The notes beneath the pieces were generated by a model. It was given only the letters and a program-made list of their open reading frames with translations, was not told where the DNA came from and searched no databases. Below are positions 60,749-64,000 of a stretch of DNA of 64,000 bases, piece after piece (within the stretch, counting starts at the first letter, position 1; each line of letters opens with the position of its first letter). Source of the DNA: Salisapilia sapeloensis CBS 127946 (lineage: Eukaryota > Protista > Oomycota). The position numbers and the translations under genes were made by a program. The DNA is taken from the NCBI GenBank assembly GCA_023334545.1, contig JAADVB010000006.1, positions 62,001-126,000 of the forward strand, given 5' to 3'.

Positions 60749-60907
60749 CTTCCAAGCAAAAGTCAAACTGAAGGCTTTCAAACTTTTTGGCGCGATATGT
60801 CCATTTTAATTATGTGCCATCTATCTTGTAAGAAGTATATAGTAGGTATATTTTTATGATACAGCTTTAAGCGGGAAACTTATCGACCGGAACGGACCAG
60901 TAGGAAA

Positions 60908-62369
60908 ATGGAGGATGACGATTTAGACCAGCGAATTACGTTCTTGCTACAGGAGATCGATGGTAACTTGTCTGCTGCACATCAAGCGGCGACACAGGTC
61001 TTTAGTAGCGTCCGACGGCATCACCAAGTGCTACGACAGATCCACTCGGCGACGCAGATCTGGCAGCCTCTTTTCGATGCCTGCAGAGGTCGTCAGCCCC
61101 CTCTACGTAGGCCTACGATGACACCGAGCAAGTATCCACACAGGACGTCTGCCGTCCATGTGAATAGCAATGCCGTGGAAGACGCGACGCCGGATGATTT
61201 AGACGGCACGTCTTTCGTACCGAATGCCGATGGCTTTAAAACCACCAAATTACGCACGAGTGTGAATCAGAGCAATAGCGAGAGTGCAAATTCAAGTGCT
61301 GAGAGTGCAAAACTACCCAAGACGATGACACCGATCTTGCCAAAGAGTCCTGCTGGTAGACGTGCAAGACAGCAGCAGAACGAGTCCTCGACTTCGAACA
61401 TTTTACATCATAATTGGGGCTCATTCTTGCGCACGGACGTTATTGATGTACTTTTACCTACTACATTTCGTTATGTATGGAACTAATACGCTGCGGTAGG
61501 CTCAAGCAGCTACGCATACGGTCGGATCAGAGATTAGTAGTGTCGAGCAAGCGAGTCCTGGCGTCAATGTGAATCTGTCGGAAGTCGGAGCGTTTGAGCT
61601 GACACCGCATGACAAGTCTCGTCGTGCTGGTTCCCAGCCTGTTGCTTCGAATGCAGACACGTCCAAGTCACCGAATAGGCAGAGTATGTCGCCACGAGTA
61701 CGAATGGACGGATCGCATCGAAAGCGACAGAGACGCCTATCGGACGATCCTTCGACGCCGAAGAAGCGACATACGATGGGCAGAACAGCTTCACCGAATT
61801 TACGTCGAAAGTATGGCGCCGCACAGCAGGCGACGCCACCGAGATTCCATAAAGCGAGGATGTCTGCACCAGAGCAGAATTCGACCAGTACAGACGCGAA
61901 TGTCGAGATGACGTCACCTCTGCTTCGAACGACATTGAAAGGGATGGGGAGGAATACGCCATTGTCGAACCGAATCGCCGGTGCGACGTATGACGCCGGG
62001 TCTGCGTCGCAAGAGAGTAGGCTACAAGAGTACGACTCTTCCTTTTCTACAGGCATGCCGCCTCCAGAGTTTACCTTGTCTCAATTCCCACCTTCGTTCC
62101 AGGTACATTGATGCATTATCTTAAAGAGATCTAGTAGCTCATGCATGACATAGCAAGGGAAGAGTGCAGTGGCCTTGTCGACGTTGTATAGCAAGTTCCA
62201 GGGCAATGACGATGCATCTCGACCTGCTTTGTCCGTTCCGGAACTGATCGAGTCGATGCCGGATGAAGGAGAAGAGAAGATTGAGATCATGCTTGACTTG
62301 CTCGTCTCGCGGCGCTTCTTGCGTGCTTTTACGGTCGAAGGACGAATGTACTGGCAAGCGTCTGTATGA
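60908..62369 (+). CDS. ASK1: DASH/Dam1 complex subunit Ask1, 3 exons, with C-terminal winged-helix-like extension
   Basis: LDQRITFLLQEIDGNL..AH....V...V....QIW...F matches the Ask1 N-terminal signature LEQxITLxLQEIDxNF. Introns 61448-61499 and 62103-62153 keep the frame. Several S/T-P-x-K/R CDK sites are present. Confidence 0.8.
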
Positions 62370-64000
62370 CAGTTGCAAAGTTAATAAACCGGTTTAAGTT
62401 TCCTCCTCTAGTATTTTCCTTTGGTGGTGACTGGTAGAGGTACATGGCTTTGGAAGCCGACGGACGTGAACTTTCTACATCAAGGATGATTTAGGCATGT
62501 AGTGTCCAATAAATAACGTAGATGGATCTGCTGTAGACTAGTGGTAGAGTCTAGGAATGCAAGCAGATACAGACTAGAACGCAAAGGTAGATAAATTACT
62601 CGCTACTGAAAGTACCAAGTGCTGTATTCATTGCCGAGAAGGCATATCGGAGGCAGTATTGAAAGTTCGTTAACAATCCGATGCCATGTCGCATCCTACT
62701 TGCGGTCCCATTGTTGCAATGGGACATTGGAGAGCAGTTGCTGGGGCTCATTTGGTGAGAACAAAGTATCGTTTAACAAGTTGCAATGGGCAGGTATCTG
62801 GTACACTTGACAGCTGGGATGCAACGATAACAAGTATCCCACAGCTGATCCTTTGGATCCCAATTGGAAGTTGAATTATATCTTTACGCAAAGAAGAGAG
62901 AGTATCGCACATTCCGACCATAAGCCAGAGTGTGGCTTTCAGTCATTTGAGGATCGTGGAAATACATCGAGATTACTACAAGTTGATGAAGGTGCGCTAA
63001 TAGAAGAAGATCGAGTTATAATCACTGATGTTCAGTTTAGTTTTGATGTGTCAAAGCCTTGCTCTCTCGGGGTGATTCATTTGCATCGTCAAAGTTAGAG
63101 GCAGTGCAAACCAAGAGGATTTGATACACCACCTGGTTACGTGCATCCCGAAGTCGGCAGTTTCCACACCTTCGACACCACGTGAAGCATCCTTAGTGGA
63201 AGCTGTTATAAAGCTCCTTGATAGCAGCAGAACCCTTTACAACAGCACTAGTTCTGCATCATGATGCCTGCATTAGAGGTAAGGATTACCAGTAGAGAAG
63301 GAATTCAGAGCATCCTTCTATAGTTGCATGAATTGATGTATGTCATCAATTCCATCCTTGTTAAAGAATCAGACAACAACAGTGAAGAGCTGGAAGTTCA
63401 GCGATGAATAGAGAGCAGCGGCTGATCGGAGTGGGTCCGATGTCTTCGACGATGCGGATCATCTGCAGGCTGTCAACTATAATCCAAATCAATATCGCAC
63501 GCTTTGCATCTCTTAGTGACTTTTCAGTTTTATAAAAGTGCATACGGGCGACTCAACTACAGCTCTCGCTGCCTATCTCAAGCTTCCATCATGGAGGAAA
63601 ATGAGGAATTGTCTTGTCTAGTAACTCGGATATTGCATGACTTGGTCGTCATTTGGCGTCCACTGCAACAGCAGACATCACGTACTGGTAGAGAGTACGC
63701 AATCAGGATACTTTCGCACACGCTTGGAAGGAAGGTAAACTTATCAAGCCACATTCACGACGCATATGCCTAGATATCTAGAGGCTGGTGCATCGACCTT
63801 TCGCTGAGTACGTCATCAAATCAGCAATGAGAGACGATTGAATGGAAACTTGGCGCCAGTCTATTGATTCCCGGTCTCTCTCTCTGTTGTCAAACGTTCA
63901 CAAGCGTTTGAAAATGAGACAAAGAGCACCATGAAATATATGGGATGAACATACGTCTGTAGCATTAGTTGAAGTGACGAATGGAAAGTTGATCGAAGAA

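Noticed and set aside
63200-63545. Possible decayed hAT transposase on the minus strand (WIIVDSLQMIRIVEDIG, faintly like WI..D..P..IVED.G)
   Set aside because: The spacing is off, frames are broken, and no DDE/TxDxW core, dimerisation motif, TIRs or TSD were found. Too weak to call without a search.
1-64000. CRISPR arrays, rRNA/tRNA genes, telomeric repeats, RxLR/CRN effectors, prokaryotic operons
   Set aside because: No regularly spaced repeats, RNA-gene signatures, telomere hexamer arrays or signal-peptide+RxLR-dEER/LFLAK motifs were found. The spliceosomal introns show the DNA is eukaryotic.

Overview
Eukaryotic, gene-dense genomic DNA with many short (about 50-65 nt) GT-AG introns. It is most consistent with an oomycete (stramenopile): there is an INR+FPR core-promoter motif, a PH-containing MAPK and PI3K, a DASH subunit and the flagellar gene CCDC81. 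About 28 protein-coding genes can be supported. Housekeeping genes are THOC1, NOL10, an MBOAT acyltransferase, UBA1, CDKAL1, threonine dehydratase and an ABHD17-like hydrolase. Several signalling or trafficking genes have unusual domain fusions: PH-SnoaL-C2-MAPK-WW, PH-RBD-C2-PH-PI3K, a two-repeat cyclic-nucleotide K+ channel, PH-TM-Sec14, Sec7-PDZ-like, CID-SET and coiled-coil-TRAF-SAM. An inverted pair of Stealth phosphotransferases is also present. The most striking item is a gene at about 59.4-60.7 kb that encodes an H4-like fold and an H3-like fold in one chain, joined by a long acidic linker. It lies head-to-head with the kinetochore gene ASK1. No rRNA, tRNA, CRISPR or intact mobile element was recognised. 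All domain calls come from motif recognition by eye, with no database searches. Boundaries of multi-exon genes are approximate unless splice sites are given.
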